Sequence record: DRR723986_597
Strand: one strand, 5' to 3'
Length of the DNA stretch: 62,234 nt
The notes beneath the pieces were generated by a model. That model did not search any database, was not told the origin of the DNA, and saw only the letters and a program-made list of their open reading frames with translations. The translations under genes were made by a program, and so were the position numbers. Of the stretch, positions 8,449-18,584 are shown piece after piece. Positions within the stretch are counted from its first letter, which is position 1; each line of letters begins with the position of its first letter.

Positions 8449-9603
8449 ATGAGTGGGGCGGCACAGGTAACCGGACTGGCTCCGGAGAAGATCGAGACGG
8501 TTCTTGGCCTCTTCAAGGCTGCAGGCCATGACGAGGTCAGCCCGCCGATCCTGCAACCGGCGGACGTCTTTCTGGATCTCACCGGCGAGGACATCCGACG
8601 CCGGCTCTATCTGACCAGCGGTACCGACGGGCTGGACCTGTGCCTGCGCCCCGACTTCACCATTCCGGTCTGCCGTCATCATCTGGCGCAAGAAGCCGTC
8701 AAGCTTCCGGCCGCCTATTGCTACAACGGCCCGGTGTTCCGCCAGCGCCCGGACGGCCTGGGCGAAATCCCGCAGCTCGGCGCGGAAAGCCTCGGCCGTA
8801 CGGACACGGCCGAAGCGGATGCGGACCTGCTTGCGCTTTCCGTCAAGGCCCTGGAGGAATTCGGCCTGTCGGACATCGTCATCCGAATTGGCGACGAGAC
8901 CCTGTTTGCCGCCGTGCTGGAAGGGCTTGACCTGCCGACCGTCTGGCGCCGCCGGCTGCGTGATCTCTTTGGCGAGACCGACCGTCTGACCGCCGCGATC
9001 ACCCGCATGGCCGGAGCCTCTTCCTCCGACGATGACAGCCGCGACGTCCGCCTCGGTTTCCTGTCTGCGCTGGAAGGGGCTGATCCGGAGGCTGCCCATG
9101 CGGTCGTCGAGGATCTTCTGTCGATTGCCGGAATTTCCGCCGTCGGCGGACGCACGCCCAGCGAAATCGCAGACAGGTTCCTGGAACAGGCCGCCCTTGC
9201 CAGCGGTGCCCGCGGCCATGACAAGGCGGCGGAAACACTTTCCGCCTATCTGGCCCTGAAGGCGGATGGCGCCAGCGCCGCCGGAATGCTGCGCGATTTC
9301 TCCCGTGATTTCGGCCTTGGCCTGGATACGCCCATCGCCGCCTTCGAACAGCGCCTTGCGGCCCTTGAAGCCAAGGGCATCGATCCCGCCCGGCTGACAT
9401 TCGCAGCCGAGTTCGGCCGGCGTCTTGATTACTATTCCGGCTTTGTCTTCGAGATCCATGCAGTCAATCCACCCGTGGAAGGCCCGCTGGTCGGCGGCGG
9501 GCGTTACGACAAGCTGGTGACCCTTCTTGGGGCCGAAGACGACGTACCGGCCATCGGCTTTTCCATGTGGCTCGACCGGATTGCAGCGAGTGTTAGGTCA
9601 TGA
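8449..9603 (+). CDS. hisZ: ATP phosphoribosyltransferase regulatory subunit
   Basis: [35 protein letters not shown]; lies between hisS and hisG. Confidence 0.93.
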   Translation: MSGAAQVTGLAPEKIETVLGLFKAAGHDEVSPPILQPADVFLDLTGEDIRRRLYLTSGTDGLDLCLRPDFTIPVCRHHLAQEAVKLPAAYCYNGPVFRQRPDGLGEIPQLGAESLGRTDTAEADADLLALSVKALEEFGLSDIVIRIGDETLFAAVLEGLDLPTVWRRRLRDLFGETDRLTAAITRMAGASSSDDDSRDVRLGFLSALEGADPEAAHAVVEDLLSIAGISAVGGRTPSEIADRFLEQAALASGARGHDKAAETLSAYLALKADGASAAGMLRDFSRDFGLGLDTPIAAFEQRLAALEAKGIDPARLTFAAEFGRRLDYYSGFVFEIHAVNPPVEGPLVGGGRYDKLVTLLGAEDDVPAIGFSMWLDRIAASVRS

Positions 9604-10568
9604 GCAAACTGATTATCGCCATTCCCTCCAAGGGCCGTCTGCAGGAAAACACGCACGAATTTTTCGGCCGCGCAGGCCTGAAGGTGGTGCAGCCCGGCGG
9701 CGCGCGGAACTATCGCGGCGCCATCAAGGGTCTGCCGAACGTCGAGATCGCGTTCCTGTCGGCTTCCGAAATCGCGCGGGAACTTTCCGACGGCACGGTC
9801 CATTTCGGGATCACGGGTCTGGATCTGGTGCATGAAAACATCGCCAACCCGGAAAGCACCGTTCACATCGTCACGCCGCTTGGCTTTGGTCCGGCGGATG
9901 TGGTGGTTGCCGTGCCGAAAGCCTGGATCGACGTTGAAACGATGGCGGATCTTTCCGATGTCGCTTCCGATTTCCGCAATCGCCATGGCCGCCGTCTGCG
10001 TGTTGCCACCAAATACGTCAATCTCACGCGCTCGTTCTTCGCCGGTCACGGCATTGCCGACTACCGCATCGTGGAAAGCGCGGGGGCAACTGAAGGCGCA
10101 CCGGCAGCCGGATCCGCGGAACTTATCGTGGACATCACCACGACCGGCTCGACGCTGCAGGCCAACAACCTGAAAATCCTTTCAGATGGTGTGATGCTGA
10201 AGAGCCAGGCCAATCTGGTAGCCTCCCTCAACGCCGACTGGTCCGCCACCGCCCTTGGCGCTGCCCGGGCGATCCTCGACCGCGTGGCCGCGGAAGAAGC
10301 AGCCCGCAACGTCAAGCTGGTCAAGGCCGTGGTTGCCGACCGCACACAGGCCCTTCGATCTGTCAGCAAGGTTGGCGCTCTTCAGCGCTTTTCCGAAGTC
10401 GACGACCTGCACCACGTCAGCGTCTTGTGCCCCAGGGACGTGGTTGCCGACTGTGCCCAGCTGTTGATCGAAGAAGGCGCGGAAACGGTTACCGTCGAAA
10501 CGCTCGACTATGTGTTCTCCAAGGAAAACCGACTGTTTTCGCCGCTGAAGGCGAAGGTGAACGGGTAA
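9600..10568 (+). CDS. hisG: ATP phosphoribosyltransferase
   Basis: [38 protein letters not shown]. Confidence 0.96.
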   Translation: MSKLIIAIPSKGRLQENTHEFFGRAGLKVVQPGGARNYRGAIKGLPNVEIAFLSASEIARELSDGTVHFGITGLDLVHENIANPESTVHIVTPLGFGPADVVVAVPKAWIDVETMADLSDVASDFRNRHGRRLRVATKYVNLTRSFFAGHGIADYRIVESAGATEGAPAAGSAELIVDITTTGSTLQANNLKILSDGVMLKSQANLVASLNADWSATALGAARAILDRVAAEEAARNVKLVKAVVADRTQALRSVSKVGALQRFSEVDDLHHVSVLCPRDVVADCAQLLIEEGAETVTVETLDYVFSKENRLFSPLKAKVNG

Positions 10569-10648
10569 GCACACAGCAGCGTTTCCGAGCCGCGTGACAT
10601 GATTGCGGAGGTTGCTTGCGGACGTTGTTTTTTCGGCTTCGCCGAATA

Positions 10649-10686
10649 CCCCCTTCCCTAACCCTTCCCCACAAGGGGGAAGGGAA
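10649..10686. repeat. REP-like palindromic element between convergent hisG and tag
   Basis: CCCCCTTCCCTAACCCTTCCCC-ACAA-GGGGGAAGGGAA hairpin. Confidence 0.55.
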
Positions 10687-10720
10687 TCCAGCCGAGTAAC
10701 TCGTCAGGACCCGGTCACCT

Positions 10721-11401
10721 TCAGCGCCTCACAGGACGCTTGAATGCCGTGCGTGCGGCTTCAACGCTTTCCCGGCAGCAGCAGCCTTCCAGGTGGTCGT
10801 TGACCATGCCCATGGATTGCATGAAGGCATAGACGGTGGTCGGGCCGACAAAGCTCCAGCCGCGTTTCTTGAGATCCTTGGAGAGTTCGGTGCTTTCGGC
10901 CGTCTTGCCCAGGGTCTTTGCCGTGGCGAAGTCCAGCTTCTCAGGCCGGTTTTCCGGTTTCGGCTCGAATGACCAGAAGTATGCGGCAAGCGTGCCGAAC
11001 TCTTGCCTCAGCTCCAGTGCCCGCCGGGCGTTGTTGATGGTGGATTCGATCTTGCGGCGGTGACGGACGATGCCGCTGTCCTGAAGACAGCGTTCGACAT
11101 CCGCCTCGGTAAACTCTGCCACCCGTTCAAATTCGAAATTGGCGAAAGCTGCCCGGAAAGCCTCGCGCTTGCGCAGGATGGTCAGCCAGGACAGACCCGA
11201 CTGAAATCCTTCCAGGCAGATTTTCTCAAAAAGACGCCTGTCCTCGTCAACCGGCCAGCCCCACTCCGTATCGTGATAGCGCTGGTAGTCCTCCAGACCG
11301 CCATGCCACCAGCAGCGGTTCCTGTCGTCCTCGCCCAGCAGCAGACCTGTTACCGGATCGCGTTCCGCTTTTGCCGTTTCTGCCGGTTTCTGCTCTGCCA
11401 T
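10721..11401 (-). CDS. tag: DNA-3-methyladenine glycosylase I
   Basis: YHD.EWG.P, LFEKICLEGFQSGLSWLTIL.KR, FVGPTTVYAFMQ..G.VNDH..GC. Confidence 0.95.
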   Translation of the reverse strand: MAEQKPAETAKAERDPVTGLLLGEDDRNRCWWHGGLEDYQRYHDTEWGWPVDEDRRLFEKICLEGFQSGLSWLTILRKREAFRAAFANFEFERVAEFTEADVERCLQDSGIVRHRRKIESTINNARRALELRQEFGTLAAYFWSFEPKPENRPEKLDFATAKTLGKTAESTELSKDLKKRGWSFVGPTTVYAFMQSMGMVNDHLEGCCCRESVEAARTAFKRPVRR

Positions 11402-11414
11402 ACGCCACCTTGAT

Positions 11415-11429
11415 ATTCACTGTTTGTTC
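11415..11429 (-). promoter_or_regulatory. Probable alphaproteobacterial LexA (SOS) box
   Basis: GAAC-aaacagt-GAAT on the minus strand (consensus GAAC-N7-GAAC), 13 nt upstream of the tag start. Confidence 0.55.
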
Positions 11430-11484
11430 CTATCTTGGTACCCTTCCCGATACCTGGAAGCAACCCGAAATGCGAGCCGGCTTC

Positions 11485-11518
11485 AAAAACAAAAAACCCG
11501 GCCAGGCCGGCCGGGTTT
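11485..11518 (-). terminator. Intrinsic terminator after cheZ
   Basis: AAACCCGGCC-loop-GGCCGGGTTT followed by a U-tract on the minus strand. Confidence 0.7.
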
Positions 11519-11544
11519 CGAATTTTAAAGGCTAGAGACTTTTC

Positions 11545-12294
11545 TCAGGCGAACAGGGCGTCGATATCGTCCTGGGTCGCCACATCGATGTCGCTTTCCA
11601 GTGCGGGACCATTGAGAAGGGCAGCATCGCCTTCCTTCAGTTCGCGCTGCTCGACTTCGATATCCTTGAAGGTTTCAATGCCACCCCAGATATCCATCAT
11701 CTGCATGATGCGGTCTTCGACGAACCGCAGCGTCGATACCACCTTGGTGATGCGCTGGCCGGTCAGATCCTGGAAGTTACAGGCTTCGAAGATCTGAATG
11801 ACCTTGTCCTGGATATCGTTCGCCAGTTCGGCGTCTTCCTTGCCAAGTCGCGCGGACAGCGTGTTGGCGGTCTCGTCGATGAACTCGGCAGACGCCAGGA
11901 TCGTTTCGGTCGCCCCTTCCGTTCCGATCACCACAGCGTCAAGCTCGTTGGTGACCCGGGTCATCTCCTCACCCTTGGAACCAGTGGTGTGATGCAGCGT
12001 CGCGATCTCGCGCTTTGTCTGGGCAATTGCCTCGTAGATGGCGTCGAGTTCAACCTTCAGCTTTGCCGCCTCGGACAGTTCCTTGCGGAATTCGGCCATG
12101 AACTTTGCGCTCATGGCTTCCGGATCAAGCGGTGCCTGTTGGTCAGGTCCACTTTTCAGCATGGATTTGAGGCTGGCGATCTCTGCCAGGACTTCCTGGT
12201 GACGACGTTCTTCGGCATAGGCGGGGTTCTCGTTCGCCCCGGAATTCATGCGTATCAAGCTTTCCGCTCGAAAGGATCTTTTCACCGCGGCCAT
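11545..12294 (-). CDS. cheZ: CheZ-family protein phosphatase (alphaproteobacterial type)
   Basis: ELDAVV..TE.AT..IL, FEACNFQDLTGQRITKVV, C-term QDDIDALF. Confidence 0.85.
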   Translation of the reverse strand: MAAVKRSFRAESLIRMNSGANENPAYAEERRHQEVLAEIASLKSMLKSGPDQQAPLDPEAMSAKFMAEFRKELSEAAKLKVELDAIYEAIAQTKREIATLHHTTGSKGEEMTRVTNELDAVVIGTEGATETILASAEFIDETANTLSARLGKEDAELANDIQDKVIQIFEACNFQDLTGQRITKVVSTLRFVEDRIMQMMDIWGGIETFKDIEVEQRELKEGDAALLNGPALESDIDVATQDDIDALFA

Positions 12295-12547
12295 GCCTAC
12301 TCCCGTTCCCCGCCCCTGCAGGCTTTCTTAAATCGCAATACCGACCCTTATAGCGCGGGAAGTTTAAAGAATTGTTTTTTCAATGCTTGGCGCGCCTTAC
12401 GGCATAATTTGGTGTTTGGTAACGGTTTCTTGGCTTTCCTCGCGGCGGCGCTTTGGTTATCCTCGCGCAGATTGACAACGAACTGCTGCGCGCATGATCA
12501 GGCATGACCCTCAGGCCAATGTGGCTGCAAACGGTGCTTTGACCTAG

Positions 12548-13273
12548 ATGAATTTCCTGCGCATCCTTTTGACCTGCCTGCTCTTTCTTACGGCCCCCGT
12601 CACGCTGAGTTCCCCTTCGGCGGCAAACGATTCCTTTTCAACGGAAGAGCTGTTGGAAGGATTCGAGAAGACCGTATTCGGGCTCGAGTACCGCAGCTGG
12701 AGCTGGCGTCCCTATCTGGTCAAGAAGTTCACCACCCCGGTCCTGTTCTACGTCCATAACCTGTCCGCGCGCGACAGGACACAGACGGTCCATCGCTTCA
12801 TAAAGGAAATCGACAACCGCATTGGCGGATTGACGACCGGCGTTACGAACGATCCGGCCAAGGCGAATTTCGAGATCTATGTGGTCGACCGAGCTCAGTA
12901 TGAACCGGTGGTGAAAAAGGACATCTACAAGAACGAACATGCCCGGGTTCCAGGCAGGTGCCTTGTTCGTGTCGTTTCCGGCCGCAAAGGCATCAAGCGC
13001 TCGGCGGCAGTCATCGTTTCCGACGAAGGCGAATTTCTTTTCAAGCGTTGTCTTGTCGAGGAACTTCTGCAGGGGCTGGGGCCGATGAACGACGACGAGC
13101 AGCTCACCCATTCAGTATTTAACGATTCCTCGCGCCACAGCCGCTTTACTGTGTTCGACCAGATCATTTTGAACATGCTTTACGATCCGCGTATCAAACC
13201 GGGCATGTCGATGCAGCAGACCCGGCCGATCCTGCCGCTGGTGGCGCGCGATGCCAGAAGGCGCGTGCGTTAA
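12548..13273 (+). CDS. Exported protein, DUF2927-like
   Basis: Signal peptide; C..EELLQGLGP.ND......SVFND, D..ILNMLYDPR..PGM. Confidence 0.75.
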   Translation: MNFLRILLTCLLFLTAPVTLSSPSAANDSFSTEELLEGFEKTVFGLEYRSWSWRPYLVKKFTTPVLFYVHNLSARDRTQTVHRFIKEIDNRIGGLTTGVTNDPAKANFEIYVVDRAQYEPVVKKDIYKNEHARVPGRCLVRVVSGRKGIKRSAAVIVSDEGEFLFKRCLVEELLQGLGPMNDDEQLTHSVFNDSSRHSRFTVFDQIILNMLYDPRIKPGMSMQQTRPILPLVARDARRRVR

Positions 13274-13524
13274 CCAAGGAATCGCTGAAAGCTTTGTCTT
13301 TTCAAACCACCTTCAAAGGTTAATCCGGCGACGACCGAAGCGCCTAGGATTTCATTAAGCCTGTTCCTCAACCAACAACTAACCATAAGAAAAGATTACC
13401 TGATTTCCGTGCGCCGGATTCATCTTTGCAACAGCCTGAGCTGCTTATCATCCTTGCCAATCCGTTAACCGGCGGCTGTAAAGGGCCGCTGAACGTGGTC
13501 GATGACAAGTTGATGAGTACTGCC

Positions 13525-14310
13525 ATGTTGCTGCTGCGAAATATGTTTCCCAAGGCTCTCGCGTTTGCCGGTGCCCTGGTTCTTTCCACCGGCCTTTCGG
13601 GCACTCCGGCAACCGCGGGTCAGGTCTCGCCACCGCCGCTCGTGCTCAGCCCGAACCTGACAGAGCCCTGGATGCTGCAACTGCAGCCCCAGGTCCAGCG
13701 GCGTTCGACGGCGCAGCGCTACCAGTTCAAGCAGCAACGTGTGCAACGGCCACGTGTCCAGCAGCAACAGCCGCAGGTGCGCCGCGCCAACTGGTGGTCA
13801 CCCCGCCAGCAACCGGTCCGTCAGCAGCCGCAACGCCAGGCACGAGCCCCGCAGTCGCGGCAGATTGCACCGCAGTTCCTGCCGACCATCGTGAACTATG
13901 ACGGCCCGCACAAGGCCGGTACGATCGTGATCGATACCAACGAACGCTTCCTCTATCTGGTTCAGAGCGATGGTACCGCGCGGCGCTATGGTGTCGGCGT
14001 CGGCAAGCCCGGTTTCGAATGGGCGGGCACCCACAAGGTCACCCGCAAGGCGGAGTGGCCGGACTGGCGTCCGCCAGCGGAAATGCGCAAGCGTCGTCCC
14101 GACCTGCCGACCTTCATGGCCGGCGGACCGGACAACCCGCTCGGCGCACGCGCCATGTATCTCGGGTCCACCCTTTACCGCATCCACGGCTCCAACCAGC
14201 CCTGGACCATCGGCCACGCGGTCTCCTCCGGCTGCATCCGCATGCGCAACGAAGACGTCATGGATCTCTACGAACGGGTCAAGGTCGGCACCACGGTGCA
14301 CGTGATCTGA
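13525..14310 (+). CDS. L,D-transpeptidase (ErfK/YbiS family); start uncertain (13513/13525/13543)
   Basis: GTIVID..ERFLY, YGVGVG, NPLGARAMYL, YRIHGS, VSSGCIRM. Confidence 0.92.
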   Translation: MLLLRNMFPKALAFAGALVLSTGLSGTPATAGQVSPPPLVLSPNLTEPWMLQLQPQVQRRSTAQRYQFKQQRVQRPRVQQQQPQVRRANWWSPRQQPVRQQPQRQARAPQSRQIAPQFLPTIVNYDGPHKAGTIVIDTNERFLYLVQSDGTARRYGVGVGKPGFEWAGTHKVTRKAEWPDWRPPAEMRKRRPDLPTFMAGGPDNPLGARAMYLGSTLYRIHGSNQPWTIGHAVSSGCIRMRNEDVMDLYERVKVGTTVHVI

Positions 14311-14343
14311 CGAAGTTTTCCGCTTTCCGGCAAACGGAACACA

Positions 14344-14370
14344 GACGCGCGGCTCTGCCGCGCGTTTTTG
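14344..14370 (+). terminator. Intrinsic terminator
   Basis: GACGCGCGG-ctctg-CCGCGCGTT-TTT. Confidence 0.65.
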
Positions 14371-14465
14371 TTGCCGGCACCTGCTTTTCTTTGCAGTCTG
14401 ACGTCACGACAGGTCGAATCGCCGGCCTAGAGCAGTCTCCCTAAAGTCTCTTTCAGGACCGCGGC

Positions 14466-15827
14466 ATGAAAGCCCCCCACATCTCCTTTTCGGTTCGATC
14501 GGATGCCGCCTATTTTCTCAAGGCGACGCTGGTCGGCATTCTGGTTGGCGGTCTGGCAACCGGATTTCACACCGGACTCGATTTCCTGTTCTCCCGTTAT
14601 GCGGCACTGCGGCTGGCTCTTGGCCCGGGATACATGCCTTATGTCGTATCCATGGCCATTTCGGCAGCCTGCGTCACGGGAGCCTTTCTGCTCATCAGGC
14701 GGGTTGCCCCGGAAGCGGCAGGAAGCGGGATCCAGGAAATCGAAGGGGCCATGGAAGACAAGCGGCCGCTGCATTGGCCGCGCGTCCTGTTCGCCAAGTT
14801 TTTCGGCGGACTGCTGGCACTTGGGTCAGGGCTTGTGCTCGGCCGGGAAGGCCCCACCATCCACATGGGTGCGATGACCGCCGAGGCCCTGTCGCGGTCG
14901 CAGGACCTTTCGCCCGATGATCACAAGGGCCTGCTGGCGGCCGGCGCAGCCGCGGGACTGGCCGCCGCGTTCAACGCTCCCCTGGCCGCGATCCTGTTCA
15001 TTGTCGAGGAAACCCGCCGACAGTTTCCCTTCGGCTATCGCACCTATATGGCCGTCATCATCGCATCGATCCTGAGTGCGGCCATCACCGAACAGTTGAC
15101 CCATATCGGCCCGCCCCTGCAGGTGGATGTCGGCTATGTTCCGGTCTGGAGCTTCGCGCTGCTGGCGGTTCTGGGGGTTTTCCTCGGCGCGCTTGGCGTG
15201 TTCTTCAACCGGGCGCTGATCACGGTCATGGATCTCTTCCTGAAGATCCCCTCCGGCTTGCGCTGGGTCCCGGCGCTTGTCATCGGTGCGGTAACAGGCC
15301 TGCTGCTCAACGCCCTTCCCGCGGCGACCGGCGGCGGCGAAGAACTGGTCCACAACCTCATTTTGTCGAACTATGGCGTGATCACGTTGCTGGTGCTGAC
15401 GCTCCTGCGCTTCGGCGGGGTGCTGTTTTCCTATGCGTCCGGTGTTCCCGGCGGCATCTTTGCGCCGATGCTGTCCATCGCGACCTGTGCCGGCCTCGCC
15501 TTCGGTGTCGCGTCGGCCGAATTCCTGCCGGTGGAAGACGATTTCCGCAGCGCCTGTGCCGTTGCCGCCATGGGCGGCTTCTTCGCAGCCTCCGTGCGCG
15601 CACCACTCGTCGGCGTGGTGCTGGTCATGGAACTGACCGGCGCCTATTCGCTGATCATGCCGGTATTGATCACCTGTACGACAGCATCACTGACGGCACA
15701 TCACATGGGTGGTCGACCCATCTACGAGGAATTGCTGGAACGCACGCTGCGGCTGGCCGGACAGCCTGTGGACGGCCCTCCGGACGGAGACAAGACACCG
15801 GTTCAGCTGGGCACACGGGAGAGCTGA
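14466..15827 (+). CDS. clcA: ClC-family H+/Cl- exchanger
   Basis: GSGIQE, GREGP, FNAPLA..LF..EE, GGIFAP, PIYE. Confidence 0.9.
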   Translation: MKAPHISFSVRSDAAYFLKATLVGILVGGLATGFHTGLDFLFSRYAALRLALGPGYMPYVVSMAISAACVTGAFLLIRRVAPEAAGSGIQEIEGAMEDKRPLHWPRVLFAKFFGGLLALGSGLVLGREGPTIHMGAMTAEALSRSQDLSPDDHKGLLAAGAAAGLAAAFNAPLAAILFIVEETRRQFPFGYRTYMAVIIASILSAAITEQLTHIGPPLQVDVGYVPVWSFALLAVLGVFLGALGVFFNRALITVMDLFLKIPSGLRWVPALVIGAVTGLLLNALPAATGGGEELVHNLILSNYGVITLLVLTLLRFGGVLFSYASGVPGGIFAPMLSIATCAGLAFGVASAEFLPVEDDFRSACAVAAMGGFFAASVRAPLVGVVLVMELTGAYSLIMPVLITCTTASLTAHHMGGRPIYEELLERTLRLAGQPVDGPPDGDKTPVQLGTRES

Positions 15828-15871
15828 CGGGCTGCAAACAAGCCCGCGAGCCAAGTTGTCACGTTGTCCGG

Positions 15872-17209
15872 CTATTCCGCTGCCTCGCGCTGCTGAAGTA
15901 CCGGCGTCAAGCTGTCGGGCTGAGGGCCGCCATAGACCCAGTCGAGCAGTTCCGCCGTGTGCAGGATCGGAATTTCCGTGCCAAGACCGATCTGCGTCAT
16001 GCAACCGATGTTGCCGGTCGCGATCACGTCCGGCCGGGTCTTTTCGATATTGGCAACCTTGCGGTCGCGCAGGCGGCGCGCGATCTCCGGCTGGAGAATA
16101 TTGTAGGTGCCGGCAGAGCCGCAGCAAAGGTGGCCTTCGGGAACGTCCTTGACGGCAAAGCCTGCAGCCTTCAGGAGATCCTTCGGCTGCCGGGTGATCT
16201 TCTGGCCGTGCTGCATGGAACAGGCGGAATGATAGGCAACCGTCAGGCCGGGCTTCATCGGCGGCTCACCCAGATCGACACCGGTCAGGAACTCGGTCAC
16301 GTCCTTCGCAAGGGCTGACACCCGGGCCGCCTTTTCGGCATAGGCCGGATCGTCCTTCAGCATGAAGCCGTAGTCCTTGATTGTGGTGCCGCAACCGGAT
16401 GCCGTGATCAGGACGGCATCCAGCCCTTCGCCCTCGGCTTCCTTCATCCAGACATCGACGTTGCGACGGGCGTTTTCCAGCGACGCTTCTTCCTTGCCCA
16501 TGTGATGAACAAGCGCGCCGCAGCAGACTTCCCCCTTCGGCATTACGATCTCGTACCCGGCCCTGCGCAAGAGCCGGATGGTCGCATCGTTGATGCCGGG
16601 GTTGAGCACAGGCTGGGCGCAGCCGCTGAGGAGTGCAACACGCCCCTTGCGTTTGGGGCTTTCGGCCGCAAAGACCCCCGGTCCTTCGAGCTGGCCACGG
16701 CCCGGCGCCTTTGCCGGGGCCAGTTCCAGCATGGCGCCCATCCGGGCAAGCGGGCCGCCCATCATCTTCAGCAGCCCGGCGAAGGGCCGGCCGAAATAGG
16801 CGCCGATCAGCGCCAGCCGGAACCGTTTCGGATAGGGCAAGACAAACGCAAGGACCGAGCGCATCAGGCGGTCGGCAAACGGTCGCTTGTAGGTCTTCTC
16901 GATGTGGATGCGTGCGTGATCGACCAGATGCATGTAGTGCACGCCGGACGGACAGGTGGTCATGCAGGCAAGGCAGGACAGGCATCTGTCGATATGCTTG
17001 ACGATGGTTTTGTCTGCTGGACGGTCGTTTTCCAGCATATCCTTGATCAGGTAAATCCGGCCTCGAGGGCTGTCGAGCTCATCTCCAAGCAGTGTGAAGG
17101 TCGGGCACGTGGCCGTACAGAAACCGCAGTGCACGCATTTGCGCAGGATCTTCTCCGACGCTGCAACGTGACTGTCCTTGAGCTGCTCTGCGGTGAAATT
17201 TGTCTGCAT
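15872..17209 (-). CDS. glcF: Glycolate oxidase Fe-S subunit
   Basis: MQTNF, CVHCGFCTATCPT, ELDSPRGRIYLIK, two CCG domains. Confidence 0.96.
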   Translation of the reverse strand: MQTNFTAEQLKDSHVAASEKILRKCVHCGFCTATCPTFTLLGDELDSPRGRIYLIKDMLENDRPADKTIVKHIDRCLSCLACMTTCPSGVHYMHLVDHARIHIEKTYKRPFADRLMRSVLAFVLPYPKRFRLALIGAYFGRPFAGLLKMMGGPLARMGAMLELAPAKAPGRGQLEGPGVFAAESPKRKGRVALLSGCAQPVLNPGINDATIRLLRRAGYEIVMPKGEVCCGALVHHMGKEEASLENARRNVDVWMKEAEGEGLDAVLITASGCGTTIKDYGFMLKDDPAYAEKAARVSALAKDVTEFLTGVDLGEPPMKPGLTVAYHSACSMQHGQKITRQPKDLLKAAGFAVKDVPEGHLCCGSAGTYNILQPEIARRLRDRKVANIEKTRPDVIATGNIGCMTQIGLGTEIPILHTAELLDWVYGGPQPDSLTPVLQQREAAE

Positions 17210-17477
17210 TGCTCCCCGTATCCCTCAATGACCCGTCGTTGCGGGTTTCTCCTTCCGAGCGAGGCGGATCGTACGGTCAGAAGGAAAGCGGCACAAGGCA
17301 CCTTTGTGGCACAACGGTTTTGCCGGCACGGACTTTCTGCCTCACCACCTCCCCCTTCCCTGAACGGACAGATGGAACATGAACCCGGGATAAACAGTGC
17401 ACTCAGAACCGGTTCAACCGGGTCTGCCTAAGTTCCGAAGCGTGGGCGCAAGAAATGCCAACCAAGGAATTGATTTG

Positions 17478-18107
17478 ATGATTAAGACGATTTCAAAAAC
17501 TGCCGTTCTGACCGCTGTTCTCGCCAGTGTCGCAACCGGAGCCATGGCCAAGGACTGGATCGAGAAAGTGGAAGTCAAGCGCGACGGCATCGACGTCATT
17601 CCCGTCGAGGTGAAGGCCAACGCCTACAATTACACCAAGATCAAGTCCGGCAATCACCGGTTCCTGCTGCGCCTGTCGGCAAAGGCGACGAATGGCGAGC
17701 GGATTGTTGCCATGAAGGTGGGTTCCTTCAAGAACGTGCTTTACTTCGAAGGGGACGGCAACCTTTGGAGCAAGAGCTTCCAGAACCGCGACGTCGGCGC
17801 GGGCACAAAGCGCTCGGTTTCCATTTCCTACACGCCGGTTATCCCGATGGCCAAGGTCAAGTGGCAGGGCTGGGATCCGGTCCAGGCCTGCTCGCTCAAC
17901 CTGGACAAGGTTCTTAAGAGCGGCATGAAGAAGTCGGTCGCGCTCAGCAAAACCTGGACTGTGTCCGCCAAGGCCTATTTCGAACTGGACGCTGTGGCCG
18001 CGAAGAAGAACAAGGCCGAAAAGAACAAGTGGTCGTTCAAGAACACCACGCATCAGCGCGATGGTTATGGTTACGACGTGACGGTGAAGTGCCTGCCGGC
18101 ACAGTGA
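17478..18107 (+). CDS. Secreted Lys-rich hypothetical protein
   Basis: AAGGA SD; Sec signal ending AMA; two Cys; GC-rich third codon positions. Confidence 0.8.
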   Translation: MIKTISKTAVLTAVLASVATGAMAKDWIEKVEVKRDGIDVIPVEVKANAYNYTKIKSGNHRFLLRLSAKATNGERIVAMKVGSFKNVLYFEGDGNLWSKSFQNRDVGAGTKRSVSISYTPVIPMAKVKWQGWDPVQACSLNLDKVLKSGMKKSVALSKTWTVSAKAYFELDAVAAKKNKAEKNKWSFKNTTHQRDGYGYDVTVKCLPAQ

Positions 18108-18180
18108 CATTCGCCGCACCGGCAGCCTGGTAAAGGTTCATGGCCCGTGCCGCGCCCTGCGGACGGGCCTTGCCCTCTTG

Positions 18181-18540
18181 TCAGAACATCCAGGTTTCCG
18201 GGTTGGGCACAGGCTCGTTACGGCCTGCAAGCTGAAGCCCCTTGATGCAGCGGACGATCATCCAGATCAGTACGGCAATCAGCATCAGGAAGCCGATCAG
18301 GATCAGGGTCAAAAGACCACTGACGATGCCGAACAGCAGCCCGATCCAGAAAGTGCGGATCTGATAGGTGTAGTGACTATCGACCCAGGCCGAGCCCTTG
18401 CCCCGATTGAGATAGGCAAAGATGACACCGACAATGGCGGTGAACGGCACGATGATATTTGCCAGATAAAGAATATAGATGAGCGTGGCGTTCTTTCCGC
18501 CTGGCTCCATGTAGCCTGAAACGTCGGACTGTTGATCCAT
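18181..18540 (-). CDS. DUF4870-like membrane protein
   Basis: IYILYL, GVIFAY..R, SHY.YQIRTFWIGL, W.IVRC.KG, P.P.TW. Confidence 0.8.
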   Translation of the reverse strand: MDQQSDVSGYMEPGGKNATLIYILYLANIIVPFTAIVGVIFAYLNRGKGSAWVDSHYTYQIRTFWIGLLFGIVSGLLTLILIGFLMLIAVLIWMIVRCIKGLQLAGRNEPVPNPETWMF

Positions 18541-18584
18541 GAAGGCACTCCGTTGGAAATGCGTGTGACAATTATGGCCTCACA

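Noticed and set aside
12295-12547. CtrA boxes in the cheZ promoter
   Set aside because: Only partial half-sites; insufficient support
14466-15827. GSGIQ instead of GSGIP as a fluoride-type ClC
   Set aside because: Selectivity Ser, gating Glu and Tyr are retained; the GNNLI signature of fluoride exporters is absent
17305-17342. TGGCAC/CGGCAC words resembling sigma54 promoters near glcF
   Set aside because: GG-N10-GC spacing is not met
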